64,000 nt of DNA from Zygnema circumcarinatum SAG 698-1b (taxonomy: Eukaryota; Plantae; Zygnematophyceae). A program made the translations under genes and the position numbers. This document shows, piece after piece, positions 8,517-20,800 of the stretch. Location of the stretch: NCBI GenBank assembly GCA_037447605.1, contig CM074808.1:1302001-1366000 (forward strand), in the 5' to 3' direction. The notes below the pieces were generated by a model. That model did no database searches and had not been told where the DNA came from. It saw only the letters and a list, made by a program, of their open reading frames with translations. How positions within the stretch are numbered: the stretch's first letter is position 1; each line of letters opens with the position of its first letter.

Positions 8517-11399
8517 ATGGTATCTTTCCTGCTCAGAGCCTCGTCTTATCCTGGCACCAGAGCAGCGGCGCTATCCGTGGCAGCGTTAAGGATGTCTGCA
8601 GCACAGTCGGCTCGTTCTGCAGCAGTGCAATTATGTGCAGCTTCTCAGCTGTCCAGTTTAGCGGCCCCTTGCAGTGATAGACATTGCTTGTCTGTCGGGT
8701 CCGCTGAACTTCATTCAAGGACGTCTAATCTGTTTGGAGCCCTTCGAGTACAGCAGCCCCTGCAGTCGCCTCTCAGAGTCCGGCCAGAGTTTAGTCTTAC
8801 AGTATGTGAGCAGGCAGTCACGGAATTACCTCCAAGACTTCAGAATATTGTGAAGGGCTTTCAGGCTGTTCCAGATCCTAGGGCACGGTATCAGCAGTTG
8901 CTACACTATGCAGCAAAGTTGAGCCCTTTGCCAAAGGAGTATCACACCACAGAAAATAAAGTTGTCGGGTGTGTGTCGCAAGTATGGGTGGTCCCGACTC
9001 TGAAGAGTGATGGAACTGTTTACTTTCAGGCAGATTCCGACTCTGCTCTGACTAAAGGTTTGGCGGCCTTGCTAGTGGAAGGTCTCAGTGGGTCTCCGCC
9101 CGCTGATATTTTGAGAGTAACTCCAGATTTTGTTCAAATGTTGGGGCTAAAGCAGAGTCTTACGCCTTCACGGAACAATGGCTTTTTAAATATGCTGAAG
9201 TTGATGCAGAAAAAAACACTAGAATTGTATATACAGTCGGAGGCAGCACAAGCAGGTTCATCTGGCTCTGGGGAAGGTAGGGCTGAACAGTTGACAGCAT
9301 CTGGTGATTACGCAACATCCAGTAGCGGCGATGGCGGTTCTAGTAACGGTGAAGGAGGACCGAGCAAAAAAACGCTTGACAGGCCCATATATAGTGGCAT
9401 AAAGAACAAGGTGAGCCCACCTAGATTCAGGATTCTATCACTGGCTATCCGGTTGGAATCAATTCATCCTCTTTGAATAAGAATGACGGCTGTTCGTTAC
9501 AGAAATAAGACGACGAAACAAACAAGTAGGGAACTTGAAGAGATTTGTACTTCTTATCACCGTTGCTTATCAGCATGATTTGCTCAAATGGCTTGCTGTT
9601 TCTGTGGCCCCTTTGTTTTCTTTCTGTCGCTAGTAATCATGTCTATCTCAAACAGTGGAGTTTCAAAGGTAATCAGTTACCTAGACGTTATAGACGGACT
9701 CGTCCTTGCTTTGGTCAGCAAGGACGTGCCCATTGATCATCTTGCAACAGCTGAAATATTTCAGAGTTACACTGCTAGAAGAATAACAGTGAGACATTTG
9801 TATTTCCACCTGGAAATTTCCAGTGAAATGTGCTCAAGGATGTTGAACAGAGTTGATTCCTGTTTGAAGCTGGATATGGAAATAATTGACTTTCAGTGCA
9901 GGCTATAGCATGGAAAATAAAACAGGTTTTCTGTTCAGATATCTTCAGGTGTTTGCCACCCTGAAGAGTGCTCCACAGGCGTGAAAAGGTTATTGTAAAA
10001 GTACCAACATGTAGAGTTGCAGAAAGGCATTAAATCTGAAGAGTTAGCTGAACAAATTATTTATAGTTAGTCGACATGGTTTATATTTTCTGGTTTAGAA
10101 ACGTGTTTGTACAACGTCTGACGCAACTTCGTTTGATATGAGGTGTTGTAATTATTCAATACTACAACATCAACACGATTCTCCTTGTTCATGTATCTGC
10201 AGCATTCACGATGAGCCTGGAAATACTTCTGAATGAATGAATGGAGCTCACTCGTAACTCACATACATAGCAGTTTAACTTTCCATCCTCGGGTCAACTT
10301 GCAACTGTACTCTGCCTTCACATATTGCAGTTCAAAGTTTATTACTGAGGGCTCTCTTCATTGTTAAAATTTGAATTTCAAGGAAATGGAAGTTGGAACC
10401 CTTTCTGCTGACGTGGAGACCACCCACAGCCGAATAGACTTTCAAAGCCTTGAGGCATCTCTTTTCGAGCATTGAGGACAAGATGAATTATGTACGATTG
10501 TCTCTTTGCATGGTGTGTTTCACCTCAACTCAAGAGCGATATTTTGCTTCACGTGCGCTGTATAGCTCAATCATGGGCAATGTGCGTTTGTGCAGTTAGA
10601 GAAGGAACTTGGAGCTGAGGTGGACATTCAAGATGTGAGTCACCAGCATGCCGGCCATGCTGGGGTGCATAAAGGAGCAACTGAGACACATTTCAAGTGA
10701 GTTTCGTTGACTAATCCAAAAAGTTTTTTGTATTCAGAACATGGTGTTGTCATTCAATGTCAGCGAACAATTCTATTCGCCTCTGGTGCTCTAGCAGTAA
10801 TGTGAGGGGCGAGGAGCCCAGCGAGGGCACCAATACTGCGTGGAGGGGAAAAGAGCCTCGTGGTTGCATTCTGCATCCAGGGGTCTGATGAATAAAGATT
10901 GTGGGATAAACAGAACTGCCTCAGTTTGATTATCTTGTGCAGATCTTGAAAGCTTTGGCTGCTCATTTTATTCTTCTTCATGTGAACTTTGCCATATGCC
11001 AATTGAAGATTATAGAAATGCGCAAGGATAAAGAAAGAATTTGGGGTTTGTTCGTGGTAAAGATTAGCTGCAGCAGCAGAGAAGTGATGAAACGTGGGTA
11101 CGGGTGCCGCCGCCTTTCCATGTTTCCCAGTGCTGCATGGTCCTGTCCTTGCCCAGTCACATCGAATCAAGGCTTACACTGTCGTTGGGATGGGCGTCTC
11201 TCGAGGGCAATAATCTGACTGACAAAGGCTGTTCCTCGCTTCTGTGCGCAGTGTGAAGGTGGTCTCCCAATCCTTTGAGGGCCTCAACACGGTGAAGCGA
11301 CATCGTCTCGTGTACAACCTTTTGAGCGAAGAGTTCGGTAAAGGGCTGCACGCCCTCTCCTTGGTGACAAAAACGCCGGCAGAGGTTCGACAGGCATGA
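8517..11399 (+). CDS. SUFE1: Plastid SufE1 sulfur-transfer protein with C-terminal BolA domain, 3 exons (8517-9410, 10596-10696, 11252-11399)
   Basis: Transit-peptide-like N-terminus, SufE motifs KVVGCVSQVW and ADSDSALTKG, BolA motifs DVSHQHAGH, VKRHRLVY and LHALSL. Confidence 0.95.
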
Positions 11400-12353
11400 A
11401 GAGTATCGATTTCTACAAATACGTTTTTTGCCCTGACGAATACTCTCCTAGATTGTTAGCGATGCTGAAAAAACCATCCCTAGCAGTTTTGATGAAGGCA
11501 GACAGTTGAGTTTCGTTCAGTCGAGATCATTTCTTTTCGAATGTTATTCGCTGATTCTTTCCAAAAAAATAAAATAACTATTGTCCTTTGTAGAGTCCCA
11601 TCACATTCTTTAATCTTGGCCCTACTCCCAGAACGCGCTATAAAAGTAATATATAAGGCAAAAAAAAATTCACAGCCAACCCTAATTTGTGCCCCGCCCG
11701 GGGACGGCCGGTCCCTCCCTCCGGTCACTCCCTTCATACATGAGCTACAAGAAAGCGTCCCCGCGCAGTCCCCCGAGTCCCCGGCCGCCGGCGATTTGTG
11801 GAGATCCGGTACCCGCCCGCAAGGCGCCGCGCGGCACCGCCCCCTACCTGGCCACCCGCCCGGGCCCGTCCCCACCGTCCGATCGCGCACTTTCAGAATG
11901 GAACGGACGGTCCAGGTCGTCCGAGCTGGCAAGAGCGGTGGCTGATTGGGCAGACCGTACGGAGACTTTTCTGGATGAGTCAAATTGGGAGTGCCACGTG
12001 GCATCAAGAGCCAAAAGGGCGTGACGTGGCAGATCCTGACTGGATTTTGTGCTCTCTTGTGCGCGACTCGTCCCCCGAGAGGCCGGCGCTGACATAGAAC
12101 CGGCTGCTGCGCATAGCGGAACTGGCAACAAAGATCGACATCTTGCGAGTCCGTGCGCGATATTCGGCGGCGACCAATGACCGGCGGACGGCCCCTCGCC
12201 CGGCCATAATGCGGGGGACACGGTGGACCTGCCACGTCACCGCCGCACGTGTGAACCATCCCTTCCCTCTCTCCCTCGCTCTCTCTGGCTCTCGCTCTCT
12301 CTACCTCCCTCTCACGCGGGAGAGCGGGAGGAGGGGCGGGAGAGGCCGCAGCC

Positions 12354-13808
12354 ATGCGGCCATGGTGGCAGCAGCGCTTCTCGCTGTCCTGGGACGGAGG
12401 CCGAGCGCGCGGGCTGCCCGTGGCGTACGGCAAGTTCCAAGAGTCGGGACGACTGCTTTCGGGGTCGGGGCCAAAGTCGGGATGGGGAAGGGGAGTGGGA
12501 AGTGCTGTGGCGTATCTGCTGCTCGCACCATGGTACAAATCAAGATTTATAGGGCTGAAGATGGTGGCGCTCATGGCTCTGCACCTGATCCTGCTCCTGG
12601 CCCTCTTCCTGTCAGGATTGCTGCTATGGCGGCGCCATGCTTTTGTAGACATAGGGCGCGACTGGCCAGAAGCATGGGGTTCCTGTTTGAACCCTCCCTT
12701 GCAGTACTGGTGGAAAACGCTCCATAACCCGCAGAGGGTGGAAGTCTGCAGCGAGCTCGTCCTTCAGGCGTCGAGGAGAGGCAAGGCGGCGCAGAAGAGA
12801 GGGATAGCTGTTGGAGAGGGGAGGGCGGAGAGAGCGCCGCTGGACGGATGTGCGCTCGCGCATGGCAGCAAGGAAGGAAGTTTTGCAGCAGGCGTGCGGG
12901 AGAGGGAGCTGTCAGGAGTGTCAAGTTGGCGGTGGAGTCGCAGGAAAGAGAGGCTGCCAACCGACGGTTGCAGGATGGAGTGGGTGACTTATTCTACGGA
13001 ATGCAGCGCGAACCTGAATCGTATTGCAGATATTTGCGACATGATGGGAATTTCGCTGCAAGTGGTGGGCCTGCAGGAGTGGTGGATGGGATGGGGAGGG
13101 CGCACGCGCATGATCAGAGAAGTTGTACAGTCTCTTCCAGCTGATCGCCTGGTGCTCAGTTCAGATGCTGACGATGTGCTGCTCCTTCCGACTTCTGCCT
13201 GCTCCATGGAGCGACTGATGGAGAAGTTTTCTTCAGTCGGAAGGCCGGTTCTGGTGGGGGCGGAACGATATTGTTATCCGGATGGTGAGAGATGGCAGGA
13301 ATACCCTAATCCTCCCAGAGACACTCCGTATAAGTATGTGAATGGAGGTACATTTCTCGGTTTTGCGTGGGCCATGCTGGACGTCACTGGTCAAGCATAT
13401 CGAGGAGACTGCATCGATGATCAGCGCGAGGTCACTCGTGTGTACCTCGACAACACGTCGTATGTAGGTCGACCTAATATAGAAGGGGCGAGGGAGATAG
13501 TCACGCGGTTGAGCAGTACATTGGAGCATCCTGGCGAGCGTCATCCCTACCTGCAGCTGGACTGGTACAACAACCTGCTGCTGCCGCTTGGAGGGGCAGA
13601 GCTCAGTGAGTTTGACTTTTCGGGATATGAGATCAATGGGACGGTGAAGAGCAAGCTGACGGAGGGCAGACCCTGCATTTTTCACCAAAATGGCGATAAG
13701 AAAGAACGACCAAAAAACCCCGTCGTGTGGCCCCATCTTATCAAGGCCATAGGTATAGACAGGCTTCGTGAAAACGAGGGCTACTTAAAGGGGCAGAAGG
13801 GCCACTAG
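12354..13808 (+). CDS. Intronless membrane-anchored glycosyltransferase of the PLOD/LH3 GT-domain type; the real start may be a downstream Met before the TM helix
   Basis: TM segment LMALHLILLLALFLSGLLLW, then motifs collinear with the lysyl-hydroxylase-3 GT domain: SSDADDVLL, VGAERYCYPD, YVNGGTFLG, DDQREVTRVYLD, LQLD and PCIFHQNG. No 2OG-Fe(II) domain follows. Confidence 0.85.
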   Translation: MRPWWQQRFSLSWDGGRARGLPVAYGKFQESGRLLSGSGPKSGWGRGVGSAVAYLLLAPWYKSRFIGLKMVALMALHLILLLALFLSGLLLWRRHAFVDIGRDWPEAWGSCLNPPLQYWWKTLHNPQRVEVCSELVLQASRRGKAAQKRGIAVGEGRAERAPLDGCALAHGSKEGSFAAGVRERELSGVSSWRWSRRKERLPTDGCRMEWVTYSTECSANLNRIADICDMMGISLQVVGLQEWWMGWGGRTRMIREVVQSLPADRLVLSSDADDVLLLPTSACSMERLMEKFSSVGRPVLVGAERYCYPDGERWQEYPNPPRDTPYKYVNGGTFLGFAWAMLDVTGQAYRGDCIDDQREVTRVYLDNTSYVGRPNIEGAREIVTRLSSTLEHPGERHPYLQLDWYNNLLLPLGGAELSEFDFSGYEINGTVKSKLTEGRPCIFHQNGDKKERPKNPVVWPHLIKAIGIDRLRENEGYLKGQKGH

Positions 13809-14881
13809 ACGTGCTCTGGTGTAGCTTGGGTTGTCGACATGATAGCAGCAACTCTCGAACTCCTTTTTCTGATCGCCAATTCGCTCTGACATGCTGTTTC
13901 GGAGGGCATTTGCGACGTGGCACCTTCGTTGTTCGCAATGCTAATATCAGCATAGTAAATGAACGTACAAGGAGGTGCAATGAAACAGGCCTCGTGGCTG
14001 CGAAGGAGGCTGATATAAGCCGCGAAGATTGAGTCAGCTTGTGTCACCAACTCGGCGGCGGAAGACTCACTGAGAACTTTTTCCAAACGATTGCCCTTAT
14101 CTGGGCATAGTCGTCATGCTGCGTCAGGCCTTTCCTGCCAAAATGACAAGATTAACAATGCGTCCGTGACCAGGAACTGTTCAGTTTCAGGCTAAGTACT
14201 GTTGAATCGAAAAGAAATCGAGGAGAAAGCTATTTTTCTTCCCTCAACGATGGGAAGGCTAAGCGTAGGTTGCCCTGTAGCAACAGGCGGGATCGTAATT
14301 TCAGAGAATGTCGTCACTTTGAGGGTGCATGGCCACCTCACCAAGCGAGACAGAGTCAACCTGCCGAAGGCTTCTCCTTTTAGAAGATTGTGTTCAGTTT
14401 TTGTGAACGGGAGGCGTAGTGTCAGTGGTCCCAATATAATGGGGAAATTCTATGTTACTTTTAACGTAAGCCTCCTTGGTCACGGGTTTTGTGTTGGCTG
14501 ACATATTCACGTCCAAATTTTGATTCCCCTCTTTAGAATCTTACAGGAGCCATAAGGCCAAGGTGCACAGGACGAGCTCACACAACGTAAAAGAACAAAA
14601 TTCCTTGTGGATTATGCCATCCCTTTCAAGCAGGCTTAGCATGTTGAAAAGTCAATGACTAAATGATCTGATCGCAACAACGTATAAAAGGCAAAACTAC
14701 AAAAAAAATAGCGGAGAACCTAACCCTAACAAGATCAAAAATTGCCAACGTAAAACACCCCCTCAATCTCGTCAAGCTCGATATCTGCATCTCTGCACTG
14801 GCAGCTCTAAAAAGTATGTACAATCCGTAAGCAGACGCGAATAGGGATCTGCTTAAGCCCAAATCCGTAATCTTGTCAGAC

Positions 14882-17800
14882 CTATGCCAGCCTCCTCTCT
14901 TCCTCGTGCGCCTCAAAAGCCATTTTCAGCGCTTCTTCTGCAGAGCTGAGAAGGGACTGCGCCTCAGCCCCAGCTCCTTGGAGGTCCCTGCTCTGCCGAA
15001 TACGAGCTGCGAGCTCAACCGTAGATTGCCGCCAAAGATTGGCCTTCTCTCGCATTGCTGACAGCTGCATTATCCCACCCATTCAATATGTAAAAAAAAA
15101 AAAAAAAAATACTTGAATGAATATCGTCAAACTAAGCTGTCCTGATGACACAAAATAGTTGCACACTTTGAAGCTACGAAAGCAGCGTGCAAAGCCATCC
15201 GAGGACCTCTGTAAAGGATTGGATGGAAGCTGCAAGCTCGATTTAGACAACGCATGGCAGCCTGCCTCAGGGTCATGGGCTTCAGGCCTCCTCTCGCTCA
15301 GCAGAAAACACGCACGCAAAAGCCGTAAAGTGGTGATAAGAACGGACGCTTACCCTTCGAACATACTCTTGGTCCAGCTCTTCCAAAGCTATTAGCATGC
15401 CTTGCGAGTCGGATGCAGCCCCGTCTTCTATTGCCTGACTCCTCTCTCCGTGTGACCGTTGTTTCTGCCGGAAAACCTCCCGATCACGAAACCTGCGTGT
15501 GCGGGTTCGAAGTGGCCTATCCGAATAATCCAAGTGAGAGTCTCCTAGGATGTGCTCTCTCTCTTCGGCATCCCCCTCCTTCACTTCCGTTCTCCTCCGC
15601 TGCCGTCCTCCTCCCTCGCTCCCATCATCAGACGAAACGTACCCTGATCGAAGCACTCCGTCCGACCGCAGGGCTGTCGGCTCCTGGAGAATTGGCGGGA
15701 GCTTCCCATTCAGAGGTAAAGTTCCCACTGACAGGTGGTTAGGTGGACGAGAAAGGACTGCTTTCTTTGATGGAACGGGCACTACTGCATGGAACAGCGT
15801 GAAGTCCTGCGAAATGTTGGGTGGAACATATTGTTAGGCTGAGAAAACGAGAGAGGAGTCTGAGAACCGGGTGAAAACTGTGTGAACATAGAAAAGTAAC
15901 AGGGAAAGTGGTAGAAATGCTCGGAAGGACCCTGACTCAGCCAGAACTGAGAGAGATAAACCTTTGCCAAACACCGTGACAAAGGAAGGCTAAGCAATGG
16001 ATGTACACTAGAATAAAGAGCTACGTGGTTGTGAAACAAATGGTGAGCTTGAAGAACAGCCAGAATGGATGAAGGATAGGCGAAGAGTAAGAACACAAGG
16101 AGAAGGAGAGGATATTGTAGGCTATAGGAGGCAAATCTGCAATGAAACAATGCAGGGACATTCAAGCGGTGGAGACTAACCAAGCCCTGACACCCGTAAT
16201 TGAATGTTCAGCCATCATCATGCAATGGCTCTCTGAGCAAAAATATAAGGGGCACGCAAGAGTTGGGAATATGCAAGAGGTGGAAATTACCACGCAGCGC
16301 AGTCCATTTGGCAGCCTGGTCACCATAGTTCTGTAGCACATCGCCTCAAAAAAAAAAAAGTCACATCAGAGGAGCAACAATGCTAAAGCGAAACTCTAAA
16401 CGCACTCGGGAAGTGCGCAAAGACTTACATTCTGCAAGTGCTGCAAGTTTCGTCAACTTGAAGTCTCTAGAAAAAAAACCTAAACAGATAAGGACGGTAA
16501 AAACGAAGACATGATACAAAGGAGGAGGGACTTCTTCCTAGTACCACTGACAATGCAAAAGAAAAACCAAGAAATCAAAGGCACACTCTTCTGGCCTGCT
16601 CGCAAGGCATATTCGTCTATAAGTTGCCGATCGGGGAACAGAATCTACTGCAAATACATGTCAGCATCTCTGATCTATACTCATTATGAAGCCAAAAATG
16701 ACACGTTGACACTACAATACAGGCATTGCCTCGCAAGTAGTGACAGAATAAAGACCCGGCCCGCTGCACAGTAGCTCCATGTTTGCAAAAATCTTCTAGT
16801 TTCCGTCACTACTATTTCCGGCATCCTTGCTGTCAGCCTTGTTTCAAGCTTACAAACGACCGCTTTCTCCCTTCGCAGCCATCCTCGCCGGAGAAGCTGA
16901 AACTTCTTGTCATTCAACCCATTCATGCCACTGCCTTATCCATCAACACTTTAAGGAGGAAGCCAACCGGCTGGCCTTGCGGTAGGAAGCCGTGTATGCC
17001 AAATCACGCCTTTCAGTTACTTCAGACTACATAGAACATGGGATTACGCGCCCTGTCGGAAGACAGGTGGGTTATAGCCACTTACACAAAGCGGTGGTTA
17101 TACATAATGTCGCTGGCCCGGTACGAATGACGCGCTGTTACCACCCACGCAATGGTCCAAATAAGACAGCAAACCTGCCAGGATATGACACAGATAAGAC
17201 TGCCCTAGCCAGCAGTACCTCATGATTAAGATAGTGTTCAACGATCACTGACTCAATTCCTTCTGGTCCAGCACTACGCAGTTTGCTTCCTTAGAAGGTG
17301 GACAGTGATGCTGTTTTTCCGTCGCATTCCATGACCCCGCAGATACGTTTTCCCCATAAACGCAGTCCAGAATGAGAGGGCCCCTTTATGCTCACCTTGT
17401 ATCCTAGCAGAAGTGGAAGCATCAGTCCCTTCCAGCAGTACAAGAATCTCCATGTCGCATCGTTCCATCATCTGCATTGGGCAGCCGCAGGCAGCAAACT
17501 TTCCAATAAAAAACAACAAAAAAACAAAAACTATAAAGTACAATGTAAATGTATAGTCCGCTCAAACCCTCCGCTGGCCTACTTGGGAATATTAGATCAC
17601 ATACTGACAAGTCAAATGTCTTCCCCTCAATACTTTGGTCCGAACTACAGTGAAAGGGCCTCCATGACAGTAGTAGCCCCCTATACAAATCTCACTAAAT
17701 ATATTTTATTGAATTTTATCTACAGAGGCTGCACTCCAGTTGTTTGATTATTTCCAGATTTCATGATACTGGCACTTGACAAGGATGCCGACGATCGAAC

Positions 17801-20800
17801 CTTGGGTGGAAGACAATGCAAGATAAACTCATTAATTATGCTCCCAAGACAAAGAAAACATCAAATTTCTTCTGCTGGCCACAAGCGGTTGGCAGCGTTA
17901 GCTGAGGCACGTGTAAAATCATGTTGTTCGACTGCAACCTCAGGATAGCTCAAAGAGCTGTCCATCGACTGACTAAAGGACATAGGCTGCAGCTAACCAT
18001 AAATTTCAAGTGCTGATGCTTGTTTGTGGACACAGCATGCACAGGCCCTTAGCCCTGGAGTGCATTCCACAGCATGTGAGTTCGAACATGTAATTCCATC
18101 AATTGAAACCCACTTTGAGTTGGTTGGAATTTCACGATTTGGACTGACCAAGATATGCATTACACTCTCGATCTTGTTGAAGTCCTCTAATGGAGAAATG
18201 GAGAGAATTGGATAAGTGGATTTCTCTCAACAGGGCTCTCTCCGCGGTACCGGGCAAGACTTAAGTACACAGCTGTTTCCCCTTCAGTGCAAGGAGTTCT
18301 TTCCTGACTTCATTGTTTACAAGAAAATGGCTGCTGACATCCACAGTCACCGCTTTCATGATCACTGCTACATGCTTGCTCCCATACAACTTACCACACA
18401 GGACATGCCATAAAGGGGACTGCTGCTGGTCACGGGGTGTGCGATTGTGAAGGGCAGCCCCAAGAAGACTTGGCTGCTGCCGGGCACCTGCACAGGAGGA
18501 TGGCAGGCATTAGCAGCCCGACTTGCCTTGCTGCTCTCTCCTCCTTAAGAGTTCATTGTTCTTCATTCACATGCCTATTCGTAGGGATCATGGCTGCTGC
18601 ACTCACAGGGACGGCAGTGAAGCGGAAGATGGATTCGTGCTCTTCAGTCATGACATTGTCCAAAGCCACCAGCATCCGAACAGTTACCTGCAACGCTCCA
18701 ACAGTTACGGAGACATCTTTACAGCTGTCCATGTAGACAGACAAATCCAGGGCTCAAAGAAACGAGGAAAAGGACGACAGAAAAGAAAAACAATAACGAT
18801 AGTCCCCCAAAAGACTGCTAACAAGGGAACATAACAGTTGGTAGAACGAGAAATGTTGCGTTTAGAATCCGCAGGCCGGGGAGTCTCCGTCCACAAACAC
18901 CTATTGTTGACTACTACAGCGACAACTTGCAAGGGTGAGTTCAAACCTCGATAAGCTGATGCTTCCTGAGGTTTGCCACCCGGCAGGCAAGTCTGGGAAC
19001 ACCATTGTCCTGCACGCGAAATTGCGATGACTTCAGTTACAGTTATAATTACAGTTATAGTTGAGATTAACAGTTACAGTTATAGGGGCCTAAAGAAGTT
19101 GCAACGATCTCATTGGTTCCTCAACAAGCAGAGGAACACTGCTTCTATGGGTACAAAGTGCACAGGGGCAATTTTCCATATTAGCACGATCAAAGAGATG
19201 CAAAAAAGCACCGAAACAGGGAGCAGTATCGATGCAATAACGTGATTGAAAAAAACATATGTTCTTTCCCATAACAACGGTTGTCAATACTGTCAACCTA
19301 TGACATCACTTTGACCTTGGAGAATGCACTGTCTGCAAACGATAAATCATTTGTATACCTCACGCTATGAATGACAATGTGTTCCAATGCACAGTTGAGC
19401 CTGCCTAGACTGCGAGTTGCCTGCAGCTCAATGCTTATTTGTACCTCGTGAAGAACCATTTTGTGACTGAATACGACAGTAGACACGCGTCTGCTCGGCC
19501 GAGAGAATCTGGCAGGCAGCAGGAGAGGCGGGAGACCGGGATCGGACAAGCAGGTCAGAGGGTTGACAAGGAAAAATGGTCATTGCATGGAATCTGCAAA
19601 CCTTGTGCAACACATTTCTCAACTGCTTCTCACACTCATGTAGAGGAGAGCCTCAAACTCAAGGTCGAAATCAAACCCTCGACTGATTTTTTCCAGGCGA
19701 CAAGTCCGTACAGCGGCTCAACCTCCTCTCCTTCCTCTATCGCCCCCGCCTCTAAGCATTCCTCACATTGAACTCTTTAAGAAACGAGAAGAAAATAGCA
19801 AGCATCACATGCAAAAGATCCTTCGGACAAAAAGGTGGTGCAGTTCAGTAACTCACACCTTGCATACACGAGCCCAAGGAGAGAATAAGCAGCCAATAAG
19901 CTTGCCACAGATTGCGCTGCAACAGCGACATTGGTAAGAAGACAGGTAGGGTCCGGCGTCAGATCTCCACCATAGCCTGCAATAAAAAATGGGAACACAC
20001 TATCAGCAAGCCCAACAACGAGCGAATCATCCGGAAAAACTATCGTAACCTTCAAAAGGATTGTACTCCAGAATGAACTGGCCACAAACATAAGCTCCAC
20101 GCAGAAGCGTGCTTTCATCGTGCTTTGAAGAACTTAAGTTGTCGTCGCTTTATTGCTCCTACTTTTACAGTTGTCAGCTATAACCACGAGCATGCCGGAA
20201 GTCTGACATGTCACGATTTTTTTTTTGGCCGAGGCAAATGATTCAGGTACACTTGGAGCACGCAAAACCTTTCTCTGCCTGGTTGGCCTACTGCTCCGGA
20301 ACAGCGAGAGCTGTGTACAAGCATCAATGGCAGCAAAACTAAGGCTCCCTGGGAGGGAAATGCAGATCTTACCAATGGTCATCGCCGTCTGAACACTGCC
20401 ATGCAATCCAACCACCCCCACTGCACAGAGGTCAGATACCCCCAGTCTCACAATGGCAAGAGTGCAGCAACTGCCACGGAGTACTGACCCGGTACTCAAA
20501 GTTTGCGCAAGGGGCGGAATCAAGCAAGTTATTGAAGCACGCGTTGTGCCTCAAACACTGCTGCAGTGGTCGTGACTGAACTCGTAATGGAGAAGTTTGC
20601 ATCACGAGAGTCACCTGAACCAGACAGCGTGTGTGTATGTGTACACTCCCGGAATGCAGTTATTGTTCCACGCCTGCGTCCGCAGAGCCCGTATGTAAGA
20701 AAGTAATGTCAATTCGGCCGTTAGCATTTCTCAACTAATCTCCTGCACACTGTCGCCTTTCCTTAAGAAGCAATTGGGAGAAGGTCAAAGGAGCTCTAAG

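Noticed and set aside
9411-10595. Protein-like fragments in SUFE1 intron 1
   Set aside because: Multiple stops in every frame and no recognisable RT, transposase or other motif; cannot be supported without a search.
11084-11218. GTGATGA...CTGA pair in SUFE1 intron 2
   Set aside because: No terminal stem; the partial SSU match depends on wobbles and points to no methylation site I know.
11480-12652. 390-aa minus-strand ORF
   Set aside because: It spans a GC-rich promoter and the antisense of the glycosyltransferase, has no motifs, and is best explained as a shadow ORF.
17663-17686. Plus-strand HDSSSPLY resembling the Kir motif (possible inversion)
   Set aside because: The real exon (HPVTSSSPLY) was found on the minus strand at about 18400-18487, so this is coincidence.
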